In this document: one piece after another, positions 8,956-20,587 of the stretch
Layout of the letters: every line of letters starts with the position of its first letter
Position numbering within the stretch: position 1 is the first letter of the stretch
NCBI GenBank assembly: GCA_000388065.2
Contig: KB932209.1
Length of the DNA stretch: 54,585 nucleotides
From: Fonticula alba ATCC 38817
Taxonomy: Eukaryota; Protista; Nucleariida
Reading direction: 5' to 3' (one strand)
Program-made: the position numbers and the translations under genes
Notes under the pieces: model-generated
What the model saw: only the letters and a program-made list of their open reading frames with translations
The model's database searches: none
Told to the model about the DNA's origin: nothing

Positions 8956-11823
8956 ATGGCCTTTCCTCGCTGGCCTGCCGCATGGGCGGGCCCCCTTCAG
9001 GTGCTCCTGCTGGCCATCCTGATCCTGGCCATGCCAGCCGGCGCAACTGTGGGGCCCGACATTCACCTCCAACAAACGGCAACGGCCCATTCCACCCCTG
9101 CCGCCGTGTCCTATTGGGTTTTCGATCGCGCCTCCCGAGAAACCTCCCTTGTCCATGAGATCTCCGCTTTGGGCTTCAGCTCGTCCTTCCTGAGGCGGCA
9201 GCTGAGCCTGGACATTTGGCCTGACACTCGAATTGGCGGGTACTTCGGCAATTTTGCCTGGATGGGTATCTCCCCGGTGAACCCCCCGGACCCGGAGACC
9301 CTGGTCACCCAGGTCTACTCCTCCTCCTCCGGGGCCTTCTCGCTCTTGGGGGAAAGCGCCTCCGGCCTGCATCTACTTTCCTCCTCGGGGCCCCGTTCGG
9401 TTGCGGGCCCCGGGATCAGGGCCCTGGTGGTGCATGCCATCGACCGGGAGTCCGCCTCGGTCTTGGCCCAGGATGACACAAAGGTGTTCGTGGCTCACTT
9501 TGCCTCGAGCGTGACCTTCATGCTCCTGGAGCCGACCATCTATACCCAGACCCCCGAAGCCCAGGGGGCCCTCTTCACGGCCGGCATCTCCCAGTGGACC
9601 TACTTCCACTTCAAGGATCAAATCTATTTCCTGGATCACCAGTCCCTCAGCGGGGCCGTGGCCTGGCCCATGCTCTCGGCCTCGGCGGTGGCCCTCTGCA
9701 TGACTCGCATCGAGACGCCTGGCGCCCTCAAGCAAGACCTGGTCATCCTCCGCGCAGATCGAATGCTGCAGGTCCTGCCGGATGTCAGCGGTGTGCTCTT
9801 TGGCAATTCCTGGTCCAGTGCCATCCCGGCGGATATGAACATCCAGGGCGGCCACTTCCTGAACCTGAGCCCGGGTGATGCGCCGGTTGATGCCCTTGAC
9901 AAACGGCTGTTCTATGTCAACCCCCAGGCCAAGCAGCTGTGGCTGATTGACACGGCCGTCCGGCCGGTGGTCTTCCATCGTCTCCGCCCGCCGGGCGGCT
10001 TTTCCGCCTGGACCCAGCTGCGACTGCTGCGGCTGTCGCTGGACGATTCGGCCCCCGAGCCCTCGGTTCAGCTGGCCACCGATGCCTTCCTCTACTACAT
10101 GCCGGAGGACTTCCGATGCGGCCAGGACGCCTCCATCCGATGCAGCACGGACGCCCAGCCGGTCCCCGGCAATGGCTGGACCTGTGCACCCGGGCGCCAC
10201 CTCTCCCCCTTCCATCCGTCCGGCGAGATGTGTGCCGGTTGCGCGGCCGGCTTTTCGGGCTTCGAGTCGCCCGCGGCCGGGCCCGGTGCGCGCCCCCTCC
10301 CCCTCGACGTCGGGGCATGCTGCTTTTCTTGGCCTTTCCTTTGGAAATCCCCCCCCCCCCCGCCTCCCGCCCCCTGCCTTCCCCGCAGGATCGCTTTCAT
10401 CCCCGATGCCCTCTAATCCCCGAGTTGCTGCCTCCGCCCAATGCCGCCGGCCCTTCCCCTCCTCCTAGTCACTTGCGCTCGCTGCCCGGACAACTGCAAC
10501 TCCTGCTCCCGAGACATGTGCCACACCTGCTCCAACGGCTTCCTGCTCCAGGTGCACCCGTCCTCCGGGATCGGGTCCTGTGTCAAGACTTGCTCCCCGG
10601 GCTTCATGGCAAACGACGGCATCTGCACCTCGGTGTCCGGGCGCTCGGCATACATGGCCCCGGCCAGCTCGACCGACGTCCAGGTGTCCAACGAGCCGTC
10701 CCCCTTCACGGTCGTGGCCCGGACGGCCTTCTTCGCGGAAAGCCCCCTCCATTTGATCGAGGTTCGCCAGCCGGCCGACCCGGATGCCGGGACCTCCGAC
10801 GTGATGCCCACCGGCTGGGCCCTGGGCTTCCGGTCTTCCGGACAGGCGGCCTCCCTGCTGGACGTTCGGGATCCGGCCAGCTCGCCGACCATCCTGCCGG
10901 TCCTGCACGGGCCGCTTGCCAGCGCCAGCGTGTCCTCCTATGTGGAGCTCGGGCCCTTCCTCCGGGGGGATACCATTGTGCTGTTTGGAATCTACTGCGA
11001 CTCCCAAAGGGGGCTGCTATATGTCGAGGCGTTCTGCACACCGGACCCCGGGCAGGACCGGTGCAGGGTGACATTCGGCCCCGAGACGTCGATCGCCACG
11101 CCGGTGTGCTCGAGCATCCGCCAAATCGGCCCGCGAGCGGCTGTGACAACCTTTTCCAACCTCACCTTCATGCTTGCCGTCACCTCGGAACAGCGGCTGG
11201 AGATGAGGAACATCCAAAACAGCGATGCCCCCCCTGCGCTGGTGTCGCTCTTCCCCTCGGCCCCGAGGCTTCAAGATTGGCTGCTCATGGTGGATCGAAT
11301 CAACGGCTTGGTTTCCCTGCAGCCGGTGGATCTCCTGCTGGCCGGCGACATTCGCTCGACCCATCCCCTCGATCGAGCGGTCGACACCAACGCCGCCAAG
11401 CGCGTGCCCCTAAGCCTGCCCACCGGCCGGCCGCAAGCCCCGACGGAGGCTGTCCTGTCTGCGGTGGAGCCCTCCGGGACGGGGGGCTTCCTGTGGCGTG
11501 CGCAGGTCCCCCCGCAGATGGGTGCCGCCCAGGAGCGCACCATCCGCGCGTCGACCGTCCTTCAAAGCCTGGGCCAGCTGCCGGGCGACCCGGGACCGGC
11601 GTACCTCCTTCGAACGGTGTCCTTGAGTGGGGTGCCCGGCCATCCGAGTGCCCTGCTGCTTTTGACCGGGGAGTTTGTCGGCCTGGCGCCCTTGGCCTGT
11701 GTCGGGCCCGTGGAGGCTCCCTGCTGGCTGCAGCCGGCTGTCTTTGCCCCCCTACACCGGCCTTTGACGCTGGAGCAGCTGCGCCAGGCGGTCCTGGTGC
11801 CGAGCCTGCCGGCCGAGCCGCCG

Positions 11824-11882
<59 letters not shown>

Positions 11883-14800
11883 ACTCCCCCGCCTCACCCA
11901 GTCCCTGAATGTCCTCCTGCCGAATTCGGACCCATCGTCCCTGACCCGGGTGGAGTTTTGGGCGATTGACTGCCCGGCGGGCTTTTTCCCCCCCAATTGC
12001 GACCCGTGTGACGAGGCGTGCGACGGCTGCTTCGGGCCGGGCCCGTTCAATTGCGTGGCCTGCCGGTTCTCCCTGCTCGAGACTCCGGAGACATGCCTGG
12101 CCGCCTGCCCGGCCGGCCGCCTGGCCAATGTGGCGACCCGCACCTGCGACTGCCATGCGGATTGCGCCACATGCGGGCCTGACGGCTCGGGCCGGGAGGG
12201 GCACATTTGCCTGACCTGCCCCCCGGGCCTCGGGCTGCCGGAGGATGACCCGGCCCCCGAGAGCTGCCTCCCTTGCTCTGCCACCTGCGCGGAGTGCTAC
12301 CTGGCCGGGCGGCCGGACATGTGTGCCTACTGCCACCCTGGGGACTTCATGTACAATGGGACCTGCTTGCCGGCGTGCCCCGCTTGGACGTGGCTCTTCC
12401 CGCCGGCGAACGAGTGTCGGGACTGCCCGCCCGGGTGCGATGCATGCACCGGGCCGGCGCACTGCACGACCTGCATCGACGGCTGGCACATGGGCCCGAG
12501 CGACCTTTGCGAGCCGTGTCACCAGTCGTGTGCCACCTGCTCGGATGCCGGCACATGCGACACCTGCCCGCCGGGGTGGGTCTTCCAGTCGACCGAGCCG
12601 GCCGTGCCGTCGCCCTGTGTGGACACCTGCCCGGCCGGGGAGTTTGCCGACAGCGGCACTGGTCGGTGCGCCGCGTGCCATGGCACCTGCTCCGAGTGCA
12701 TCACGTCCGCCCTGCAGTGCACGGCCTGTGCCCCGGCACACTATGGGCTCGGTGGGGCACCCTCCCCCGGGGCTCCTCGTGCTTGCTCTCGCTGCGAGGC
12801 CAGCTGCTCCGGCTGCACGGACATCGCCGCCTGCACCTCCTGCAATGAGGGCTTCTTCCTGGACGCCGGCGCCTGTGCGCCCTCCTGCCCGGTGGGCACC
12901 TGGCCCGACCCCGGTGCCCGGGTGTGTCGGCCTTGCCCGGCCACCTGCACAGCCTGCACCGGGGCCACCATCTGCACGGCCTGCCCGACCGGCCGCTTCC
13001 TTGGAGCGGACAATGCCTGCCACCCGTGCCATGCCTCGTGCGGCAGCTGCTCGGATCCCGGCTCCTGCGATGTGTGCCAGCCCGGCCAGGTGTTCCTCTC
13101 CGCCTTGGCCGACATTCCCTCGCTGTGTGCTGCCTCCTGTCCGACTGGGCAATTCCCCGACTTCGGCCTGGGCCGATGCGCGGCCTGCGCCCCGTCTTGC
13201 GTGGCGTGCGCCGGCCCGGCCGACCAATGCACGGCCTGTGCCCCGAGCCACTTCGGCCAGGGCGGCGCCGCCTCGCCGGAAGCCCCTCGCAACTGTGCCC
13301 CCTGTGCTGCTGGCTGCCTGGCGTGCTCCAATGCGGAAGTCTGCGCCGCCTGCCAGCCGGGGCTCCTCCTGCATGACGGCGTGTGCGTCGGGGCCTGCCC
13401 GCTGGGCAGCTGGGCCGACATGCCGGGGGCCAAGTGCCACGCCTGCCCCGACGGCTGCACCTCCTGCATCAGTGCCTCGGAGTGCGGCGGCTGCCAGGCG
13501 GACTGGTATCTCGCCCCGGGTGGCCTGTGTGCCCAGTGCCATGTGTCCTGCGATGGGTGCTCGGCGGCCGGAGGCTGCGACGCATGTCGGCCAGGGCTGC
13601 ACTTCCTCGAGTCCGATGAGCTGGCCGCATCTCTGTGTGGCAGCACCTGCCCGCCCGGGGAGTTGATCCGGGCCGATGGGGCCCGCTGCGAAGCGTGCCA
13701 TGCCTCCTGTGCCCTGTGCTCCGGGGCTCCGGGGCAGTGCGAGGTGTGTGCACCGGGGTTTGTCATGCTCCAGCCCGGCACATGTGGCCCCTGTCCGGAG
13801 GCCTGCGACTCGTGCACGGCCAGTGGCTTCTGCCTTTCCTGCGAGGATGGCGCCTTCCTGAGCCAGGACGGCCGGTGCCTGGCCCAGTGCACGGCCGGCC
13901 TATTCGGGGAGGCTGCCTCCGGCACGTGCCAGCCATGTGCCCCGGAGTGCATCGAGTGCAGGGGGCCCACCAGTGCCGAATGCACCGCCTGCTCGGCCGG
14001 GCTGGACGCCCTGCCTGGCGGCCAGGCCGACTTGCTTGCTTGCAGGTCGGCCTGCCCGGAGGGCCTGTACCGCGCCGCCGGGTCGGTCGAGTGTGCCCCC
14101 TGCGATGGGTCCTGCGCGTCTTGCAACGGCCCGACCGACCACGACTGCTGGCTGTGCACGGCCAATGGCCAGGTGGTGCAGGATGGCGAGTGCCTGCAGG
14201 AGTGCGCCCCGGGGTACACGCCGGTGGGCGGCCGGTGCCTGCCCTGCCATCCCTCGTGTGACGAGTGTACCGGCACTCGGAGCACCGAGTGCATCAACTC
14301 CTGCCCATCCGGGCTCCGGGCCCTGCCGGCCGGGGCCACGCCGATGCGCTGCGTTTCCGGCTGCCCGGTGGGCTTTTCCACCGGGCCGGATGGCTGCTCC
14401 CGGTGCACTTCACACTGCAGCAGCTGCCCCGGCTCGGCCGACACATGCACCCTGTGCGAACGCGGGTGGCTGCTGCAGACGCCGGAGTGTGTGTCCTCCT
14501 GCTCGGCCGGCCACTGGCCGCAGGGCGGCCTCTGCACCACTTGCAGCTCAATGTGCGCCACGTGCTACGGCCCGGCGGCCGAGCATTGTCTCACCTGCGG
14601 GCCGGAGGCTCCGCACCTGGTGAACGGCCGCTGCCTGGCCGCATGCCCCGCGCGGACCTTCCAATCCGGGCAGACGTGCCTTCCTTGCCATGGGTCTTGC
14701 GAGTCGTGTACCGATGGCGGGGCCCAATCCTGCACCAAGTGCCCGAGCGAGCGCGCCCTGTCCGATGGCTATTGTCTGGGAGAGTGCCCGCTCGGCGAGC

Positions 14801-17044
14801 ATGCCGCGGACGAGGGCCCGGCCGGCCGGGTGTGTCGGCCTTGCGCCGGCTCCTGCCGGTCCTGCGTCGGCCCCGGCGCGGACCAATGCCTTGCCTGCTT
14901 GCCGGGGCTGCTGCTCGAGGGCGGACGCTGCGTGGCGTCCTGCTCGGCCGGCCATCTTACCTGCTCAGCGACCACCACGTGCGATCCCTGTCCCGGGGGT
15001 TGTGCCGCCTGCCAGGCGCTGGGCGCCTCATGCTCGCCCGGCTGCACCGGCTGCGCCGGTGGCCTGTATTTGTCGCACAAGGACGGCATGTGCGTCGAGG
15101 CCTGCCCGGCGGGGGAATTCCTGCCAGCCGACACCTCCTCCTGTGGGCTCTGCCATGGATCTTGCCAGACGTGCTTCGGTGCGGAGACCAGCTGCACTTC
15201 GTGCCCGGACGGGGCGCCTTGGCTGCACACCCAAAACCACGTCTGTGTCTCCGCCTGCCCGGGGGTCGGCTTCGTCGGGGCAAGCTTCCCCGGCTCGACG
15301 CCCGGGCAGGTGTGCCTGCCGTGCCCGGCCGGGTGCGAGTCCTGCTCGGCCGACCGGTTGGACCGGCCGTGCGCCATCTCCCCGGACGGGTCGCTGGCCT
15401 GTCCGGCGGTTGCCACCTGCACCGGGTGTGCCTCGCATCTGCTCCTGCATGGGGCCCAGTGCGTGGGGACATGTCCTTCGGAGGGCTTTTTCGAGGACTG
15501 GGCTGCGCGGCCTCCCTCCTGTGTGGCTTGCCACCCGGATTGCGCCGCATGCACCGGCCCGGGGCCGGAGCAGTGTCAGCGGGGCTCTTCGCGCCGGGGC
15601 GCCGGCCTGGCCCTGGGCCTGGGCCTGGGCTTGGGCCTGCTCCTGCTGCTGCTCCTGCTGATCTTCCTCTTCATCGCCCTCCGGCGCCACCGGGCCAAGG
15701 ATGCCCGGCTGAAGGAGCTCCCGGTCGAGCTGGACGAAAATGCCACGGTCATGAATACCATGATGGAGCTTTCGCTGCCGGGCTTCCTCCTGGTCAACTT
15801 GGACATGGAGTTCATGGTTCTCCCCGTGGACATGCTTGGGGCCGGGAGCCAGGCCAGTGTCACCGCGGCCAAGCCCATTGGCAGTGGTACATTCGAGCGG
15901 CTGGGCTGCAGCGACGTGGTGGCCATCAAGCGCATCAAGGGTATGGGCTTTTCTCTTTCTTTTTTTTATTTTCCCGCCTTCTTTTCCCCCTGCCCGGCCT
16001 GTTTGTGCTCCTTCGCGACGTGGCTAATCCCCCCGCCCGTGCGCCCGGCCTTTCATCAGCGGAACTCGATGCGCCCACACTGATGGCCCTCTTCCAAAAT
16101 GAGGTGGCCATCATGTGGCTGCTGCGCGATTGCCCGAACATTGTGCGTCTAATTGGCTACAGCGAGAGCCCGCTGGCCATCGTCATGGAGCGTTTCCAAA
16201 CCAGCCTCGAGACGCTCCTCCAGTCCGAGGTCCCCTTGCGGCCGGCGGTCCTGATGGACATCGTCATCCAGTGGGGTGCGTGATGATCATGATGAAGAAG
16301 AGGCCTCTTTGCTCCGGCACATGTCGCCCGACTGACCAGGGCCCATGGTGCCCTCTTTCCCCCCCCCCCCCTGCATGCAGCCACCGGCTTGGAGGCCATG
16401 CACGGCCATGGCGTGGCCCACCGCGACTTGAAGCCGGGTAATGTGTTCGTCAGCCAGACGGCCGATTCTTGGCGCGCGGTCCTCGGCGACATGGGCACCG
16501 CCTGCGATTTGAACAGCAACCGGTCTTCGGTGTTGATGGGCTCGCCGCAGGCTCTCAATGCGATGACCGCGCGCTACGCGGGTCCTGAGGTTCATGCCGC
16601 CTTCGCACGCAACTGCCCCATGGACCTGGCGCTTCTCCTACCGGCCGATGTCTTCTCGGCGGGGGTCATGCTCTGGTCGTGCCTGACTCGCGCTACCCCC
16701 TGGCAAGGTGCATCCCCTTCCGGGCATAAAGACGCCGGCTGCTTTCCAATGCGCCTGTTTTGCCCCGCTCCCTCCTCGACTCTCTCTCTCACACACACAT
16801 TCACGAACACCCACACATGACGCCTCCAGATAAAAGCATTCAGCAGGTCAACGCCCTCGTTAGAGAGGGGACCCTCCTGGATTTGAAGGCCATTCCAACC
16901 GACACGCCTGCCCTTGAGCCCCTTGCTGAGCTTTTGCGGAGTGCCTGGACGGCTGAGCCAGTGGCTCGGCCTTCGGCTGCGGTCTTCCGCCAGACCGTTG
17001 CCCATATTGCTCAGCCCCTGGTCACACGCGTCGAAGCAGACTAG
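8956..17044 (+). CDS. Single-pass receptor Ser/Thr (TKL-like) kinase with furin-like Cys-rich ectodomain, ~2,519 aa; exons 8956..10285, 10469..15940, 16060..16275, 16381..16707, 16830..17044
   Basis: Signal peptide MAFPRWPAAWAGPLQVLLLAILILAMPAGA; 27 CxxxCxxC furin/VSP-like cores; TM helix GLALGLGLGLGLLLLLLLLIFLFIAL (~15604..15681) followed by RRHRAK. Kinase motifs: GAGSQA loop, VAIK, QNE, HRDLKPGN, DMG, TARYAGPE, DVFSAGVMLW, ARPS. All four introns are GT-AG and phase 1, and the summed exon length (7,560 nt) is divisible by 3. Confidence 0.92.
11824..11883 (+). repeat. (GCC)19GCA trinucleotide repeat encoding Ala20 in the receptor ectodomain
   Basis: Directly visible, in frame. Confidence 0.95.
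11971..15576 (+). repeat. Protein-level tandem array of 26 furin-like (FU / growth-factor-receptor Cys-rich) modules
   Basis: 26 CxxxCxxC cores counted from CDEACDGC to CHPDCAAC, spaced as in PCSK5/VSP-type repeats. Confidence 0.9.
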
Positions 17045-19509
17045 CGGTCCATCCCCCGCCCCCGCTCCCGGCAAGCGGGGAGAACGAAGTCGCTTCCGGC
17101 GTCGACCACGCCGAGGCATCCGACATTGCCCGCCCCCTCCGCGGACAGTTGGCAGTTGGATCATCAAGCCCATCGCGGGACATCAGCGCCTTTGCACGTG
17201 CCCCGTGTTATGGCAATAGACATTTAGCTTTTTGCTGGCCATCCAGGACGCGCTATGCGGTTTTTGCCGAGGGGGGATGCAAAGACGTGTTTCGCATTGC
17301 CCGGGCCTGGAGACGGCTGCACGATTGTGCGCTCGGCGAGATCGACAGGGGAGGAGATCGCCAGGAGTCGGCGAGGCAAAAACACCGCAACATCCATCCC
17401 CCCAGCGGCCATCTGCTCCCCGTCCACAGTGCCTCGGAGGGCGGGGCAAGGGCGCATACCGGCGCAAAGGCTGGAGTCTGTGCTCTCGGCCGACCTTGAG
17501 GAGGGGGAACCCGGGCGCCGGACAGATCGACCAGGCCTCAAGTGTTGAATGGACCGAGCTAGGGCGCCTGGAACAGCAGGGGAGGGCGCAACAGGGGCCG
17601 GGCTCGACCGGGGATGCTTGGAGATGCCCCGCAGGAAAGAAAAAAGCAATCCGCCCCGATGTGCGCCCAGCACCCCGAATGCAGGGCGCTCAGGCTGTGG
17701 CCGCACCCTGCCTTTGGGGGGCTCCTCCCGGCTGGAGCCACTCGAATGGCCCGCCTTTTTTCAGTTGCGCATCTTGCCTCGTCGATCTTTCACCCGAACC
17801 CTCTGCCATGCCTTTTCTCGCTCCCATGTGTGGGCATTATGTCTCCCCTGAGCAGGTCATAACCTGGAGCCCGCTGCTGAACACAGTATAAAGAGCTTCC
17901 GTGGGCTGGCTGTTCCGCACCGGCGGGATATGCCCATTTGTGCAGCCACGTTCGAAAGCAGCCCCTCCTGCCATTCCGCGCGGCACATCGTAGGGCAGGG
18001 GACGGAGGGAGGGCGGGACAATCCGAGCTCCTGTCTCGGAGAGTGTATGCCACACGAGCACGATTCCGGGGCATCGGCAGGGCAGACGTCGGCCACATCG
18101 AGTGACAGCCGGCCGGCGCCAGTATGATGGGGGCCTCCGGCCGGACACCGGAGATGAGCCTTCGGGCGCCTTTTCGGAGATCCCGCATCCGGGTGGAAAA
18201 CACGCCGGGGGGTCGGCTGACATTGGTCCCGCCACCAAACCTTGTCCCGGGGATTTTTCCGCGACCCCTGCCGATGGATCGACCCAAGCCCAGAGACAAC
18301 CCACGGGCGGGCCACGACCGCTACCAGGCTGGCTCACGGTGGCACGCCGGAAAGTGGCTCCCCCGGGTCCAGGGCACCCGGCTTAGGCGGTCGCCACTTG
18401 TGGCTTCGCTTCCGGGCACCAAGTCCCGAGCAATGGGGGGCCTGTGTCCGGGCCATGCGAACAAAGGCGGCGATCTCCGGCCAGCGTGCCAAGGGAGGGC
18501 GAAGCGACAAACGCAATGCCGATAACGGCCATGTCATCCCGGGGATATGGTCGCGTCTTCGGGCCGCTTGCCTTGCACATGCTCACCCCGCTGCCTGGCT
18601 CGCTGCTGCTGTCGGGCCGTCTTCACTCTGGGACGCGCCTCCACACGGGACCATGCCATGGGGAGGTCCGCTGATCTACCTCCTCCGCAAGAGAGGACCG
18701 TGCATTTGTCGATCCCCATCGGGGTGGCTCCTCGTGGCCCCCGGCCCTTCCGCTCTTCCCGTGCGTTCCCCCTTTCCAGGGGGTCCCAACCAGCGGGAGC
18801 TCCTGTCCTTGCCTTGCCTCCAGGTGGCCGCACCCCGAAGGAGGCCCATCCTTCCTGCGGAGCCGGTGATGCTTCCATTGCCCTGCGTTTGCCCGTCCTC
18901 CCCTTCCTTGGAGCGGGGCGACTTCGTCCCTGGTGTACACCATCGGCGGGGTGCAACTCGCCAGCTTTCTTTTTTCTCCCTCCTGCTGCTGCTCGGTACC
19001 CGCATGGTGTCGCACCTCGGGATGGAAGGCTGCTGCTGCCAAGGTCGACCACCGGTCCATGGGAATTCCCTGCCAGGCCCGAAGCACTTTCAGGATCCTC
19101 GTCGGCGATTGGGGAAAAAAAAGACGCTCATACAACACATGAGACAAAAGGATGGCCAAGAGAGGGGGGGGGCATCACGGCCCCAAAGGAAAGAGGGCCC
19201 TCGGGGTCTGCCATGGCAAGGGGAAGACCAAGCCCCCCCCCCCCCCCCCCGGGCGCAGTGAGATTCAGACACCCGAATCGCGGGGCTCCCCCACCAAGAG
19301 AGAGCGGCATCCCGCCGCCTCCCTCGTCCACCAGGGGGGGGGGGGGTGAAACACAGGTTTGAAAAGGGAAAAAGCCCAAAATCACAGGCACACACACACA
19401 CACATGGGAAAGAGAGGGACGACACAAAGGGTATATTTCGAAACGGGAAAAAAGGGTCGATGATGATGGGAGGGAGCCAACTGCAACACACGCAGGACCA
19501 CCGTCACAT

Positions 19510-19587
<78 letters not shown>
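19510..19587 (+). repeat. G78 homopolymer in the convergent intergenic region
   Basis: Directly visible; length may be inflated by assembly. Confidence 0.9.
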
Positions 19588-19588
<1 letters not shown>

Positions 19589-20476
19589 GAAACACCCACG
19601 AAAAAGCCCGGATCGTGGGTGGGGGGCGGGGGTGGGGGATGACCTTTGGGGAGGTGGGGCCAGCTGGGGGGAGAGGGACGACGGAGCACCTGGCAGGCCC
19701 CACACACTCTCACCGCCCGAACCGGGGGGCGGCCGGACCGGAGAATAGGTGGCTGGGGCCATCGTCGGCAGGGGGGTTCGGGGGATAGCCGTGTCTTGTC
19801 CTGTCCTGTGGCACCCCTGCGCGGGCAGGCCCATGCTCCCCCCGCCTCTGGGACAGAGGGGGCGCAAACATGGGACGGGAGCCGCCTGCACTCCCATGGC
19901 CGGGACGCGGCGGCAAGCTTGAGACAGAGGAAGAAAGAGACAGCCGGCCGTATGGCAGCGGGTAGACGTGCGGGGGGGGGGGGGCGGGGGGCCCGACCTA
20001 TGCCACAAGGTGTGGCCGGGCGTCGTGCGGCCGGGAGGCCGATCGCGATCGAATTTCATATGAGCTTCCCACATTCGTGCTGCCTCCCCCCTCCCCCCTC
20101 CCCCCCTTGTGGCTTGCCCATCCGCCGATCAGCCTTTGGGGCCCTTGTCGTATGGACCGCCGCGGCGCGGCCTGAGGCGCGGCGAACCGGCTGCTGGCTG
20201 CTCGGCGCGAGCCGGACACATGCATATGGCGCCGCGTGGGTGGCGGGGTCGCCCTTTCAGCCTCCGCCATGCTTGCACTCCCCCCCCCGGGTCCCGGACA
20301 TGTGCGTGTCCGGCACGACGCCCGCGGGTAACGGGTCTGGCCAGGGCGGCGCGGGGCGGTCCCCAAAAAAGAGCCGAGAGGAGGGCAACTGCCCCGCCGT
20401 CAGCTGGGCCCCGGAGCAGACACACATGTACTCCCCGGCCGGCGTGGTGCGCGTGCGGGTGTGCACCCCCCCCCCC

Positions 20477-20496
20477 NNNNNNNNNNNNNNNNNNNN
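20477..20496. other. Assembly gap (20 N)
   Basis: Run of n after a poly-C tract. Confidence 0.99.
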
Positions 20497-20587
20497 GGCA
20501 CCCCCGCACGGGGTCTCACAAACACCCGTGCGTATATGGGGGGGGGGGGGGGGCCCAGCCGGCCGCGCCCCACGCGGCGGCAACCGC

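Noticed and set aside
11752-15690. Multiple long overlapping ORFs (e.g. 11752..13701 -, 12741..14561 -, 12245..13666 +)
   Set aside because: Off-frame or antisense shadows of the Cys-repeat CDS in very GC-rich DNA.
17149-19362. Several 100-340 aa ORFs in the convergent intergenic region
   Set aside because: No recognisable motifs, no consistent splice structure, and a composition typical of random GC-rich ORFs.
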